A DNA stretch of 64,000 bases from Octopus vulgaris (GCA_951406725.2 OX597815.1:7688001-7752000), one strand, 5' to 3'; shown: positions 1 to 13,776, counted from the first letter of the stretch. Notes: generated by a model not told the origin, from the letters alone. Numbers and translations: made by a program.

Positions 1-580
1 ACGCGTCTGAAAGGATTGGAGACAAACACTTTCCTCTCTGGTCAATCTCTCATCAACTTCTTCAAGTACCACTTGAAAAGGAAAGTGAGAGTAGAGAGGC
101 AAGTTTTGTCTAGCGAATGTTTTAAAAAAAGATGGGTGAATGTAGCAAGAATGGTACGTATGAATGACGAAGCCACCTTGAGCATAGTCCTATGAACCCA
201 GAAATCGAAAACAGAGAGTTGCTTATTTGCAAAAAAAAAAAAAAAGAAATATAAAATGTGACATCATTGACCGAGGTTACCGTGGTCTTTTCCGTAGGCT
301 TTTCTTTGCACGGGTAAACCTCACCTGTCCTCCCCTTTACACTTCATATTGACATTTCTGTGATAACGATCCCTATTGATCAATTTTTTTTCCTCCCCCC
401 TTTTTTTAAACCCCCCTTTTTTTTTTTGTCCTCTTTCTCTCCTTTTACGATCCCTTTTGATCGAAACTCCCCCTTCCTTTTTTTTTTTTTTTTTTTTTCT
501 TTCTTAAACCTTCAAAAGAAAAGCTCTACCTTGTAATTTGTTCTATCTGTGTGCAGCCCTGTGTGGCTAATAAAGAAACA
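1..580 (+). mobile_element. 3' end of L1/Tx1-like LINE (ORF2 C-terminus 1-195, 3' UTR, AATAAA)
   Basis: Frame 1 is open from 1 to TGA at 193-195: TRLKGLETNTFLSGQSLINFFKYHLKRKVRVERQVLSSECFKKRWVNVARM...; the FxxRW resembles Tx1/L1 ORF2 termini. A pyrimidine-rich UTR ends in AATAAAGAAAC directly against (ATCT)n. Confidence 0.6.
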
Positions 581-1500
<920 letters not shown>

Positions 1501-1676
1501 GTATTTATGGATGTAGGTGTAAGTATGTGTGTGTGTAAAGTATGCATGTATGTAGTATAGCGTTGATAGTGATAAGAACAAAAATTAGAGCACTCACTAT
1601 TATTCATAGTACATATGACAGAAAAATGCGATTTAACTATTCACGGTGTTCTTCCCACCTCGAAGCTATTCTATAG

Positions 1677-1732
1677 CACGGTTCTGATGAAGCAGCTCTG
1701 GTCATCCGCGGCGAACCTGGCAGTGCACCATG
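1677..1732 (+). ncRNA. Degenerate minimal hammerhead ribozyme motif
   Basis: cacggtt-CTGATGA-a-GCAGC..GCGGC-GAAC-CTGGCAG-TG-caccatg; the GAAA and the cleavage triplet are mutated. Confidence 0.4.
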
Positions 1733-2050
1733 AGCATTTAAATTCTATAGACTTTTCTTACATACATACATACATACAAATACATATATATATATGTGTG
1801 GCTATATTTATATCGAAGTGATTTTACTAATACTATTAATTTTCTTTTTACTATAATCATTTCTTAAATATAGCCACGAAACACGTGTCGTTATTCTACC
1901 AAATATATACGTTTTTATTATTATTTTGCAATTTACTTATTCATCGGTATATAATTTGTAATTATATTTTTAATATTTCTAATATATATAATTTTCTAGA
2001 TGGTGTAATTTAATTGTTTATTTTGAATTGATAAAAGGTAGTTTTCTTCA

Positions 2051-2085
<35 letters not shown>

Positions 2086-2117
2086 TATAGATAGATAGAT
2101 AGATAGATAGATATTGT

Positions 2118-2451
2118 GAAGTACATTTGCCACTTAAATGTGGTTAATCCCTAAGGGTGGATGCTACTGTAGCTTGTAGCCCCAGGAGGACACCTCCTCC
2201 AGCTGGCTATTGACATACTTTCTATGCCCTCAACCGGTGATTGTCACACGCTGATAACGGGTCAATACCCAGAAACTCGAGTCCGTATGTATCATAGGTT
2301 GAAGACGGGAAAGATGGCTTTCCTTTGCAAACACTGATAGGAGACAGATTGTGTGTCAATAGCCAGCTGGAGGAGATGTCCTCCCGGAGCCATAAGCTAC
2401 AGTAGCATCCACCCTAAGAGGTTAGCCACATTTAAGTGGCAAATGTACTTC
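2118..2451. mobile_element. Fold-back element (~100 bp inverted arms), probably a Penelope-like inverted pLTR remnant
   Basis: gaagtacatttgccacttaaatgtgg...ccagctggctattgaca (2118-2215) is the reverse complement of tgtcaatagccagctgg...ccacatttaagtggcaaatgtacttc (2354-2451). A hammerhead motif lies in the spacer. Confidence 0.75.
2245..2289 (+). ncRNA. Type I minimal hammerhead ribozyme motif (G8->A core mutation)
   Basis: cacacg-CTGATAA-c-GGGT caat ACCC-a-GAAA-CTCGAG-TC-cgtatg: stems I and II, palindromic stem III, GUC triplet. Confidence 0.65.
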
Positions 2452-2512
2452 GCGATGTGTTGCAGCTACTGTTTATACCTCGCCCAGAGATTTATTATAT
2501 ATAAATATATAA

Positions 2513-2543
<31 letters not shown>

Positions 2544-3113
2544 ATTAATCAAAAAGTGGAGAAGAAAAGACAAGAAAACAACAACATGAGGGCATGGTAC
2601 ATGTGAAGTATTAATAAGACGCTGAGGGAAGGAAAGAAAGGGTGTTTTACGTTTCGAGCATACATGCATACATGGACATACAATGCATTCGAGAAAAATA
2701 ACAACCGAGAAGTAAAGTAGGAAATTAAATTGAATGAAAGAAGGAAAGTGTTAACCTAGAGTTCTTTGGAGGCAGAAAAAATTGCTGGTAAGGTATCTAT
2801 ACAGTATTCTGTGTTAGTCTGAGTTTCATATGGCTGCCTCTAGTTTTGTAGAGGTAGTGGAAGTGGCAATGGTGTTCTCCAGTATGCTAGTAAGTGCTTG
2901 TCGATGTATTTATATTTCCTGAAGGTTTCAGATCTCGTGATTAAGAGAAAAGCTTGTATTACGTGTTAGAAGAACATGTAGTTCCTGTAAACAGTAGCTA
3001 TCATAAGATGTGTAACAGAAATAGCGATAAAGTGAGTTATGATTGCATTAGAATCTCCATTGCTTCTCTAATCAGTATAACGAAATTTCCACTACCAACG
3101 CGCAATACTTCAC

Positions 3114-3332
3114 CTCTGTGATTGTAAAAACTCTAATACCTGTTCTGTCAACGCCACTTAGCTTTCTTAAGAATTAGTTTATAGAGTTAATGTCTCTTTT
3201 ATAAAATAACGGTAAAAAAATGCTATATGGAGCTTACTGAAAATGCCTTTAAATAAAAAGAAAGAATTCTAGCAACATAAAGAACCAGAAAGACGCCTTA
3301 CCACATCACTAACGAAATATATTTGTGGTTTA
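3114..3332 (+). pseudogene. Penelope-like element GIY-YIG endonuclease remnant
   Basis: Frameshifted translation LCDCKNSNTCSVNAT*LS*ELVYRVNV / KCYMELTENAFK* / RLTTSLTKYICGL follows the PLE pattern CxC..CP..G.C...VY...YIG.TE..FK.R...T.L..YIW. Confidence 0.6.
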
Positions 3333-3488
3333 GTTGGCGATTGAAAATATTAATAATTGCAAATGGATTAGTCTAATGTAGATTAAGCTTCCTTATAGAT
3401 TAATTGCTCCAGGAGGTGCAGGCTTTGTTTCTCGTGAAGTAAAATATCGTATTATAGCCTTTTGTAGTTTCCAAGAGAGGATCGGAAA

Positions 3489-3886
3489 TTTTTATATATA
3501 AAAGTGAGGTTGTGTGCTGTCTGTCTCCTACGATTTAGATTCCTAACTACTCCCACATTTTGCGGTGCAGTTTAACCAAAACCGGGTATCTTATAGTCGT
3601 GATTCATATCGAGCCCTTCTCGGTATTAGCGCGCGTCTACGATGAGTCTACGATTAAAAAAAAAAATTACCATCAATTTTTCCCATTTTTAATGCATTTT
3701 TGGCATATATAAAGGAAGCAACTCTCTAAAAATTTATTATTAAATCTCAGAACGTAAAAAGCTACAGTAACCCCCCCACCCTTTGTGGTTAGCCATATTG
3801 AGATGGCTATTATACTTTACATCTCTAAAAATGCTTATATAGTTATTTCCCTTATAAACCCGAGCAACGCCGGGCGATACTGCTAG
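3489..3886 (+). mobile_element. Non-autonomous Helitron, family H1 copy 1
   Basis: Starts t.tatatataaaa, ends with hairpin cccgagcaacgccggg then gatactgCTAG followed by T; homologous to 11386-11898 and 17537-17920. Confidence 0.8.
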
Positions 3887-3979
3887 TAGTTAATAAATGC
3901 ATACACTACTATCGATATTTAATGAAGAATTTCCAAATAAAAACAAGTAAAACTAGCTTCTTCCCTGCGTGTACAGAGT

Positions 3980-4220
3980 GGAGGCGCGTGGCTTATTGGT
4001 TAGGGTGTTGGACTCATGATCGTAAGAATGTGGTTTTGATTCCGGGGCGAGGCGTTGTGTTCTTGAGTAAAACACTTCAGTTTACGTTGCCTCAGTCCAC
4101 TCAGCTGGCAAAAATTAAGTAATCGTGCGACAAACTGGCTTCCAGTCCAAGGCGAGGGGGATAAATACTCCAAGGAAACCGGGAAACCGACCCCATGAGT
4201 CTATATGATACAGGAAGTGC
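3980..4220 (+). mobile_element. tRNA-derived SINE, family C (V-domain-like body)
   Basis: A-box-like gtggcttattgg, B-box-like ggttttgattcc, then ttcttgagtaaaacactt, cagtccactcagctg and gcgacaaactggcttccagtcca. Confidence 0.6.
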
Positions 4221-4561
4221 TGTCCTATTATCCACGTACACGTTGCCAAACCCTGAAAGGAAGTCACATACTGAGGACCGCCTTTTAAAAACGCTCAAAC
4301 TACTTTGCTTTTATGTAATATAAAAATAATAAAATGAAGATATATGAGTTTTGAATATGAAGAGGTCCTGCACTGCATTTGTCAATTATATAAATGAATG
4401 TACGATAAATTATCAGACGTTTTTACGCTAACCAATAAAATCTCGATGGCGAATCATATTTCAAATATGTTTACGAATATTTTTCCTTATATATCATCAC
4501 GCTACTTTCCTTTTTTAATTCGTTCCAATATTCGTCAGCCGGATACAGAAGAAGCTTCAGC

Positions 4562-4650
<89 letters not shown>

Positions 4651-4821
4651 ACACACACACACACACACGCTTTAACGTGTGTGATTCAGTATTATATGTA
4701 AGCTAGACTTAACATTAACTAAAAAACTTATTCAATTAACTTACAAGGAAATGCTTCATAGTTAGTGAGAACTTTCGCCAAGTGTCGAGTTCGTCAACAT
4801 TTATATATATACATACATACA

Positions 4822-4905
<84 letters not shown>

Positions 4906-5005
4906 TGTACATCTATATATATATTTGTATATATATATATGTACATATATGTTTGTATGTATATGTGTGTATACGTATATGCGCGAGTGTATGTGTCTAT
5001 GCAGG

Positions 5006-5036
<31 letters not shown>

Positions 5037-5234
5037 CATATATTTTTCTAAATTGAAAATAAAATATGTATGACACTCTAAAGTTATTGCGTGATTCTCC
5101 AATAAATGTTTAACTATTTTACATACTCTCAACACACACACCACATGTATGTGTATGTGTGTATATATATACATACATATATACATACACATATACACGC
5201 CCACACACACACACACATACACACATACTGAGGC

Positions 5235-5425
<191 letters not shown>

Positions 5426-5924
5426 TGTGTGGTGTTTGTGTACACGAGCAGTAAATTTCTGAAAATGGCTGGTAAAAGTATCTCCAAGCGAATAAAATCT
5501 AAATTCTTTAATGCTATTATCAACATTTTATTTTGTTGTAAACATTTCCAAAATCAATTTTTTTTTCTTCTTTTTTTTTTTTTTTTAGTATTCATTTCCC
5601 CTGTGTCTTGAACTCCCAGTAACCGCTTGCCTTCCATCCTTCTAACTCACTTAACAAGCTTGGCGGAAAGTAAGCAATTCTGCATATAGTATGTCTATAC
5701 CGAATTGCTTCTAGAAAACCTATCAACCATCATCCGACCTCGCCCCCCCACCCCACCCGCTCCACACGCACGTACACACATTTATTCGCATTCACAATAT
5801 AATGCACCACACACAGAGATGAATACGCACACACAACATATTCTTGAAAGCGAATTATTTTGTTATTTTTCACCCTCAAACTGTTGCTCTCTTGAAGGCA
5901 TTCAATTTCACACACACGAACACA

Positions 5925-5963
<39 letters not shown>

Positions 5964-5976
5964 ACATATCTGTCTG

Positions 5977-6026
<50 letters not shown>

Positions 6027-6224
6027 TAGATAGATAGATAGTAGATAGATAAATATGGATATACGTATATTTGATAATACATATATATACATGCATACTT
6101 ATATATGTATGTATATTTATACATACATTCATATGTGTGTGCATAAATATATAACTGCATATATATATATGTGTATATATGTGTGTCTATGTATATGTAT
6201 TTATTTGTGTGAATAATATACAGA

Positions 6225-6722
6225 TACACACATACATACATACGTACATGCATGCATACATACATACATACATACATACATACATACATACATACATACA
6301 TACGTACATGCATGCATACATACATACATACATACATGCATACATACATACATGCATACATGCATACATACATACATACATACATGCATACATACATACA
6401 TACATACATACATGCATACATACATACATACATACATACATACATGCATACATACATACATACATACATACATACACACATACATACATACATACATACA
6501 TACATACATACATACATACATACAAACATGCATACATATATACATACATACATGCATACATACATACATGCATACATACATACATATATACATACATACA
6601 TGCATACATACATACATTCATACATGCATACATACACACATACATACACACATACATACATACATACATACATACATACATACATACATACATACATACA
6701 TACATACATACATACATACATG
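6225..6722. repeat. (TACA)n microsatellite with TGCA variants
   Basis: Direct reading, ~500 bp. Confidence 0.97.
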
Positions 6723-7051
6723 CTCACAGAACAACTTATCCATTCAACCATTTATCTTTTATTTCCCTTCATCTCTTCACAAATTTACATACCAAATTCC
6801 TGTTGCTAGGAGGGAAAACACTCCAGGGAAAGATGTACAGAAAAGGGCAAACCTGACAAAGTATATAAAAAAACATGGCTCAACAAACGAATTACACTCA
6901 ATAAACACTTCGCCATCAACAATAGAATACTGTCGATTCATCATCGCTGATTACTGGAGTGTACACCGCGATCCTTTCCTAGCAGTAGTTATTTCCCCCT
7001 TTTTTTCACGTCGTTTAACCAGAGAAGGTAGGATAGCGCCTATGTCGATTA

Positions 7052-7593
7052 CTCTCTTTACTCTTTTACTTGTTTCAGTCATTTGACTGCGGCCATGCTG
7101 GAGCACCGCCTTTAGTCGAGCAAAACGACCCCGGGACTTATTCTCTTTGTAAGCCCAGTACTTATTCTATCGGTCTTTTTTTGCCGAACCGCTAAGTTAC
7201 GGGGACGTAAACACACCAGCATCGGTTGTCAAGCAATGCTAGGGGGACAAACACAGACACACAAACACACACACACACAAACACACATATATATATATAC
7301 ATATATACGACAGGCTTCTTTCAGTTTCCGTCTACCAAATCCACTCACAAGGCTGTGGTCGGCCCGGGGCTATAGTAGAAGACACTTGCCCAAGACACAC
7401 ACACATATATACAAACATATACATATATACGATGGGCTTCTTTCAGTTTCCGTCTACCAAATCTACTCACAAGGCATTGGTCGGCCCGGGGCTATAGCAG
7501 AAGACACTTGCCCAAGATGCCACGCAGTGGGACTGAACCCGGAACCATGTGGTTGGTTAGCAAGCTACTTACCACACAGCCACTCCTGCGCCT
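7052..7593 (-). mobile_element. tRNA-derived SINE, family A (full length, internal partial duplication)
   Basis: Reverse complement starts ggcgcaggagTGGCTGTGTGGtaag...ccgGGTTCAGTCCcac (A and B boxes), has an internal (TA)/(TG) tract and ends (gagtaaaa)n. About 25 related copies are in the window. Confidence 0.9.
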
Positions 7594-7949
7594 ATTATCT
7601 AATTTTTTAAAATTTTTTCGGGGGTGGGACTTTAGACTAGCAGACGTAAGGGAGACCGGAATTGCTGTAAGGGTAGGCCAACAATATGTGCTTTTCTTTC
7701 CCTGATTTGCGATGTACGCTCCCTCCTCCAAGACTTATGCGCATCTGTTATTGCCCACACAGTCCAAGACTTTGAGGATGAAAGTAGAAGAATGAGGCTC
7801 AAACACAAGGGAGCATTTCCAAGGGATAAATCTTTGGCCCAATGGCTGAATTTACTTCTTTTGATGCCGGCTGTAGTACCTTCCCGAGAATATCTATTTC
7901 CGATGTGTTCCATTCTGGTCAGAATATGTGCAAGCACCACAGCAATATT

Positions 7950-8150
7950 CAAGGCCCCAAATTATGCGGGTGAGAGGAGCACTTTAGTCGGGCTGAACAC
8001 GTGATACGAAAAAGGTTAGGATAGGTTGTCGTTTAGTTTAACCGAACAGATGCTGCTGTATCTTGTGACGAAGCAGCCTTTAAACATGGGATTGAGACCA
8101 GCTGCGCTTAGGACAGCCATTAGGTAGTGATTATTAGCCCTGTTATCGAC
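7950..8150 (-). pseudogene. L1/Tx1-like reverse transcriptase fragment
   Basis: Minus-strand translation DNRANNHYLMAVLSAAGLNPMFKGCFVTRYSSICSVKLNDNLS*PF...LLSP resembles the L1-clade segment FDRV.H.YL..VL...GF...F..WI...YS...S.V..NG.LS.PF...CPLSP. Confidence 0.55.
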
Positions 8151-8189
8151 ACCTGACCGAAACCAAATCTATCTTTGATTCCAGCTGTA

Positions 8190-9170
8190 TCGCATCCAAA
8201 GACAAAACTAAGGATTCTGATTGCGACACTGGATCCAAGCTCTCTTACCAGACAGCATCAAAAACACATGATGAAGCAGAACATATTAAGTAATTGCAGG
8301 ATATGTAAAGGTGGCAAAGAAACAATCAGCGGCATTGTCAATAGCTGCAAGTTTTAATCAAGAGAGGATAGAACTGAAGGAATTGATGTCTTGCAAACAA
8401 CTCGCACATGCAAGTGCTACCAGTCAAAAAACTCCGCATACCGGAAGCCAGCAAGTGTATGGGGTGATCAGGAGAGAATGCGTCATGCTTCGGGGCCTAC
8501 CTCTCGACAGCATCAATGCGCACCGGCCCCCCTCACTGATATGAGGCCCCGCTTGCTAGATCAGCTGGTTATCAAATAAAGCTCAATATCCTTCTAGCCA
8601 TCGCTCATCGTCTGTTTTTAACCAAATCCAGTGGCTAGCCTCATTCCTCGAGGAGGTTTACATAACGGTTAAATGTTAGAGCCCGAGCGGCGTCCGTATT
8701 ATCTTCATGAGGAACCGTTAACTCGACTATATTTACAACTTTCCTTCTTTCACACCACATCAAAATATCTGTTTTTTTCGTAATTGGGATGGGAAAGAAT
8801 CCTTGGCACCCAGAATCAGTGGCATTGTCAATAGCTGCAAGTTTTAATCAAGAGAGAATAGAACCGCAGGAATTGACAGAATTGGAGGCTTTCATACTCT
8901 CGAAATTAAGCCTGGATGATGAAAAGTCAAAACAAAAGGGACTCAGAAAATGATAAAGGGGTTACACTCTAAGATATACCAATCAACATAGACAATGAAA
9001 TAAAAGCTAATAACCCAGATATTGTTATCAAAGTCCACCAGGGAAAAAGGGGAATAACTTCTGCTCGAAGTATGAGTTCCAACAGACGACAATAGTTATC
9101 CAACTAGAAATGTCTGGAAGCAGCGATATTTGCAAGATGTGCATTGAAAACGGGCGCAGTCCCTGGTGCT
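8190..9170 (+). pseudogene. Dong/R4-clade non-LTR retrotransposon remnant (CCHC knuckle plus RLE nuclease), interrupted
   Basis: ILIATLDPSSLTRQHQKHMMKQNILSNCRICKGGKETISGIVNSC, and later DIPINIDNEIKANNPDIVIK (PD motif). About 55 bp is duplicated at ~8330-8385 and ~8820-8875 around an insertion. Confidence 0.7.
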
Positions 9171-9316
9171 TTGTTGATAATATAAACATAGAGAGAAATA
9201 TGTAAAGCACGGAACGAGACGATTTAGTGCAGCTGTTTGGATGCTGCGAATGCGATTTGGCACAACTGACTGGACATTCAGCGTGTTTAGGCGACACTGG
9301 ATTTCGGATTGAAGGC

Positions 9317-9415
<99 letters not shown>

Positions 9416-9524
9416 TGCATGCTCGCGCGCGCAGAAGCATATACATAGAGAGAGAGGAAGCATGAGAGGGAGGAGGAGAGAAAGAATGAGAGAGGAAGAG
9501 AGAGAGGGAGGGGAGAGAAACATT

Positions 9525-10486
9525 TATTTCTTTACTACCCACATGGGGCTAAAAACAGAGAGGACAAACAAAGACAGACAAACGGATTAAGTCGATTACA
9601 TCGACCCCAGTGCGTAACTGGTACTTAATTTATCGACACCGAAAGGATGAAAGGCAAAGTCGACCTCGGCGGAATTTGAACTCAGAACGTAGCGGCAGAC
9701 GAAATACCTATTTCTTTATTACCCACAAGGGGCTAAACACAGAGAGGACAAACAAGGAGAGACAAACGGATTAAGTCGATTAGATCGACCCCAGTGCGTA
9801 ACTGGTGCTTAATTTATCGACCCCGAAAGGATGAAAGGCAAAGTCGACCTCGGCGGAATTTGAACTCAGAACGTAGCGGCAGACGAAATACCTATTTCTT
9901 TATTACCCACAAGGGGCTAAACACAGAGAGGACAAACAAGGAGAGACAAACGGATTAAGTCGATTAGATCGACCCCAGTGCGTAACTGGTACTTAATTTA
10001 TCGACCCCGAAAGGATGAAAGGCAAAGTCGACCTCGGCGGAATTTGAACTCAGAACGTAGCGGCAGACGAAATACCTATTTCTTTATTACCCACAAGGGG
10101 CTAAACACAGAGAGGACAAACAAGGACAGACAAACGGATTAAGTCGATTAGATCGACCCCAGTGCGTAACTGGTACTTAATTTATCGACCCCGAAAGGAT
10201 GAAAGGCAAAGTCGACCTCGGCGGAATTTGAACTCAGAACGTAACGGCAGACGAAATACCTATTTCTTTATTACCCACAAGGGGCTAAACACAGAGGGGA
10301 CAAACAAGGACAGACAAACGGATTAAGTCGATTACATCGACCCCAGTGCGTAACTGGTACTTAATTTATCGACTCCGAAAGGATGAAAGGCAAAGTCGAC
10401 CTCGGCGGAATTTGAACTCAGAACGTAAAAGCGGACGAAATGCCGCTAAGCATTTCGCCCGGCCTGCTAACGTTTCTGCCAGCTCG
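9525..10486 (-). mobile_element. SINE family B tandem array, 5 x 184 bp
   Basis: Unit starts at 9525, 9709, 9893, 10077 and 10261. Reverse complement has B box GAGTTCAAATTC and a MetaSINE-like core gcctttcatcctttcggggtcgataaattaagtacc. Only the 5'-most unit keeps the head. Confidence 0.92.
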
Positions 10487-10613
10487 AGAAACATTAAAAT
10501 TTAATAATTGAACACGATTGTCCAGAACACTTTCCCTCTGTTCAAACCAACAAAAGGAAATACGCTCCCAGACAAACAGAAAGAAATGCCAACACAAGAA
10601 AAATAATAGTAGC

Positions 10614-10721
<108 letters not shown>

Positions 10722-10894
10722 TCGGTTGTCTCTCAGCTTCAATTGTCCGATGCCGAATATCTTTTGAGGTGAATCTAATATGACATATTTCGTTTTTGTT
10801 TGCAAGGTTCTTGATGTGAACTCGACTGCATCCCGGTTGGGTAATTAGGCCAACAATAAATACATGCACTGGTCCTATTTCACTTCAGTTACTG

Positions 10895-10952
<58 letters not shown>

Positions 10953-11247
10953 CATTATTATCATCATCATCATCATTATTATTAGTCAACTAGTTAACCG
11001 TTCTTTTTTTTTACTTCTTTCAGTCATTTAACTGCGGCCATACTGGGGCACCGCCTTGAAGAGTTTTATTTGAACAAATAGACCATATAACTTTTTTAAA
11101 GCCTGTCTCTTATTCTATCAGTCTTCTTTACTGAACCGCTAAGTTACGGTGACGTAAACACACCAACACCGGCTAACAAGCGATGGTGAGGGACAAACAT
11201 GGACACTAAGACACACACACCGCAAACATACACACACACACACATAT

Positions 11248-11985
11248 ATATTAGAAGAAATAAGGTACTCAGAAATCTGGATGGTTTTATATTTACAGAT
11301 ATTTATTAATATGTCACAAGTTTTTATAAATCATATATTAGCACTTGCGTCCATTCTAGTGGAGTCGGACGCAAGCGCTAATATATCTATATATATAAAA
11401 CTCTAGTTGTGTGAGTGTCTGTCCCCTTCGATTTAGATTCCTAACTCCTCCCATATTTTGCGGTGCAGTTTAACCAAATTCGGGTATCTTATAGTCGTGA
11501 TTCATATCGAGCCCGTCTGGGTATTAGCGCGCGTCTACGATGAGTCTACGATTTTAAAAATAATTTAACATCAATTTTTATTCCATTTTAATGCATAATT
11601 TTTCGTGTGTCGATGGCGGCGGAGTTGGCGTCCACGCTCACAGCTGCACCTGTTTGCTTCTCCCCCTTCTTCCCTCCCTCGTGAAGCTGTGGGGAAGGCA
11701 GTGTAAGGAAATCAACGTCGTAAAGCGTTGTCAAGGAGACCAGCGTTCTTTTAGAACAACGACTTCATGGCTTGAAGACACCAAAACAGAAATGGCTAAG
11801 AAAGCCCGAATTGGCATCTATAAGGGAAGTAACTCTTTAAAAATGCTTATATAGTTATTTCCCTTACAAACCCGAGCAACGCCGGGCGATACTGCTAGTG
11901 ATTTATAAAAACATGTGACATATTAATAAATATCTGTAAATGTACAACCATCCAGATTTCTGAGTACCTTATTTCTTCAAATATA
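11248..11985. mobile_element. Fold-back element (~105 bp arms); right arm interrupted by a Helitron
   Basis: gaagaaataaggtactcagaaatctggatgg...tcatatattagcacttgcgtcc pairs with ggacgcaagcgctaatata[Helitron]tgatttataaaa...ccatccagatttctgagtaccttatttcttc. Confidence 0.85.
11386..11898 (+). mobile_element. Non-autonomous Helitron, family H1 copy 2
   Basis: 5' TC, 3' hairpin plus CTAG. The intact mirror arm shows insertion exactly between A and T with no TSD. Confidence 0.92.
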
Positions 11986-12672
11986 TAATACCTGTACATC
12001 ATCTCCAAACCTTCTAATATATATATATATATATATACACGACGGGCTTCTTTCAGTTTCCGTCTATCAAATCCATTCCCAAGGCTCTGGTCAGCCCGAG
12101 GCTATGGTAAAAGACACTTTCCCAAGATACCACGCAGTGAGGCTGAACCAGGTACCTGGTGGTCAGGAAGAAATGCTACTTACCAACACCCACGCCTGCA
12201 CCTTAGCTAATCAACTAATCAAGTCTTTGTTTAATCGTTTGGTTAATCAATCAATCAGGTTCGTCAGGATCCTTTTGTTGCCATTTGTGACCTCATTAAG
12301 GCCAGGCCTCTCGACACCAGGTCCGCTCCTAGTCTGTCTACTGAACCCAGCTTATTGATTTGAATTGATCGAACTATTAATCAAACAAACCATTAGTTAA
12401 TTAATTAAATCGTTAGCTAACTGACAAATTATAATAAAAGAAGTGAAATAGGACTAACGCGTGTATTTATTATTGACATAATGACCCTCCCGAAATACAA
12501 CATAACCTGACATAATTTATTATCTTTGTGTAGCTACACCTCATTGCTCTTTTTAAAAGTCACAACAACTAAGTTTTTGTTTTTAGTTCATTTAGAATGT
12601 TTTGCTTATGTAATTCAGTACCAGGGCCTGTTTTAAGCCAATTAGATAGATTTGTTCAAATTGGGCTCTGCG

Positions 12673-12760
<88 letters not shown>

Positions 12761-13069
12761 GGGAGAGAGAGTCCCGTGCACACGCTCGATCGGAGGACAC
12801 TATGATGAATTTTTAGTATATCATCGTGGCTAATGGTGCAGCCTCACAATCTTAACGCTATTTAACTGGGACAGGCACGAAGCGTAAAATATCGATTTTC
12901 AGCCCTTCCTAGCACCGGCCCTCTTCAGTACATCACCATTTACCCGATTAATCTAAAATCTTGTCCTTGGTCAATTTCAGTAACTATTTTAGTTCACTAT
13001 TTGTAATCTTGTAAATCAGACTGTCACCACAAGATCTAGTCCTTCTTACGGCGTAGTAGCATGTGTTCT

Positions 13070-13430
13070 TCAATAGACCATGAGGCATACGACAGCAGAA
13101 CGCAAGTTCCTGGTAGGATCTCCTATGCTGGATAGGTCAAAAGATAAAGGCCAGACTAATATGCGATAAACTATTCTCAGAGGTGAAAATGGGTTTGCGT
13201 ACGACCAACACCTCTACCTAAAAAAACAAAAACTGTTACAAAAGCATCGATGACAATTCAAAACCAAGACTTGGGAGAAATCGGCTTGCTATCAAGGAAA
13301 CATAGGACCCGGTGCTACAAGGAAGTAGGGGAACTAAATAGAGAGACGCAGAAAAGGCACCCCAGTGAAAAGAACAGTGGAGGAAAGTTGTCGATGGCCT
13401 ATACTTCAGAAGGAGCTTAAAGAAAAAAAA
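13070..13430 (+). mobile_element. Probable RTE-derived non-autonomous retroelement (second copy ~49640-49860)
   Basis: Both copies share tggtag..tctcctatg.tgga....tcaaaagata.aggccagactaa and a 3' gaacagtggag.aaagttg.cgatg segment resembling RTE 3' ends. Confidence 0.45.
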
Positions 13431-13699
13431 ATATTAGATTGGCCAAATTCATTGTAATACAAATCTATGCCCCCTGATCAAAGCTGGTCCAAGAAAATGC
13501 CAGCTTTGATCCATAACTCGGTTTCCGTAATTATTCAACACAAGTAGTTAGGGAAACACTTCCATCACAGCGCCCCCTACAATTTCCTATCCGCACCACT
13601 ACACAACACCCGCAATTTGACCTCCCCACCGCCACCCGTCTGGTATCACTCTTGGCCATTTCCTGTTTTTCCATTCACTGCTACTATCACCAACTCCCC

Positions 13700-13741
13700 C
13701 CTCACCATTACTACTACTACTACTACTACTACTACCCCCCC

Positions 13742-13776
<35 letters not shown>

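Larger units (their letters stand above)
11005..12200 (-). mobile_element. SINE family A split by nested insertions (3' half ~11005-11245, 5' half ~12035-12200)
   Basis: The two halves are colinear with the family A consensus and flank the fold-back and Helitron. Confidence 0.75.

Noticed and set aside
9525-10486. CRISPR-like or retrozyme-like array
   Set aside because: Units are contiguous with no unique spacers and no cas genes, and I found no CUGANGA/GAAA core; it is a SINE multimer.
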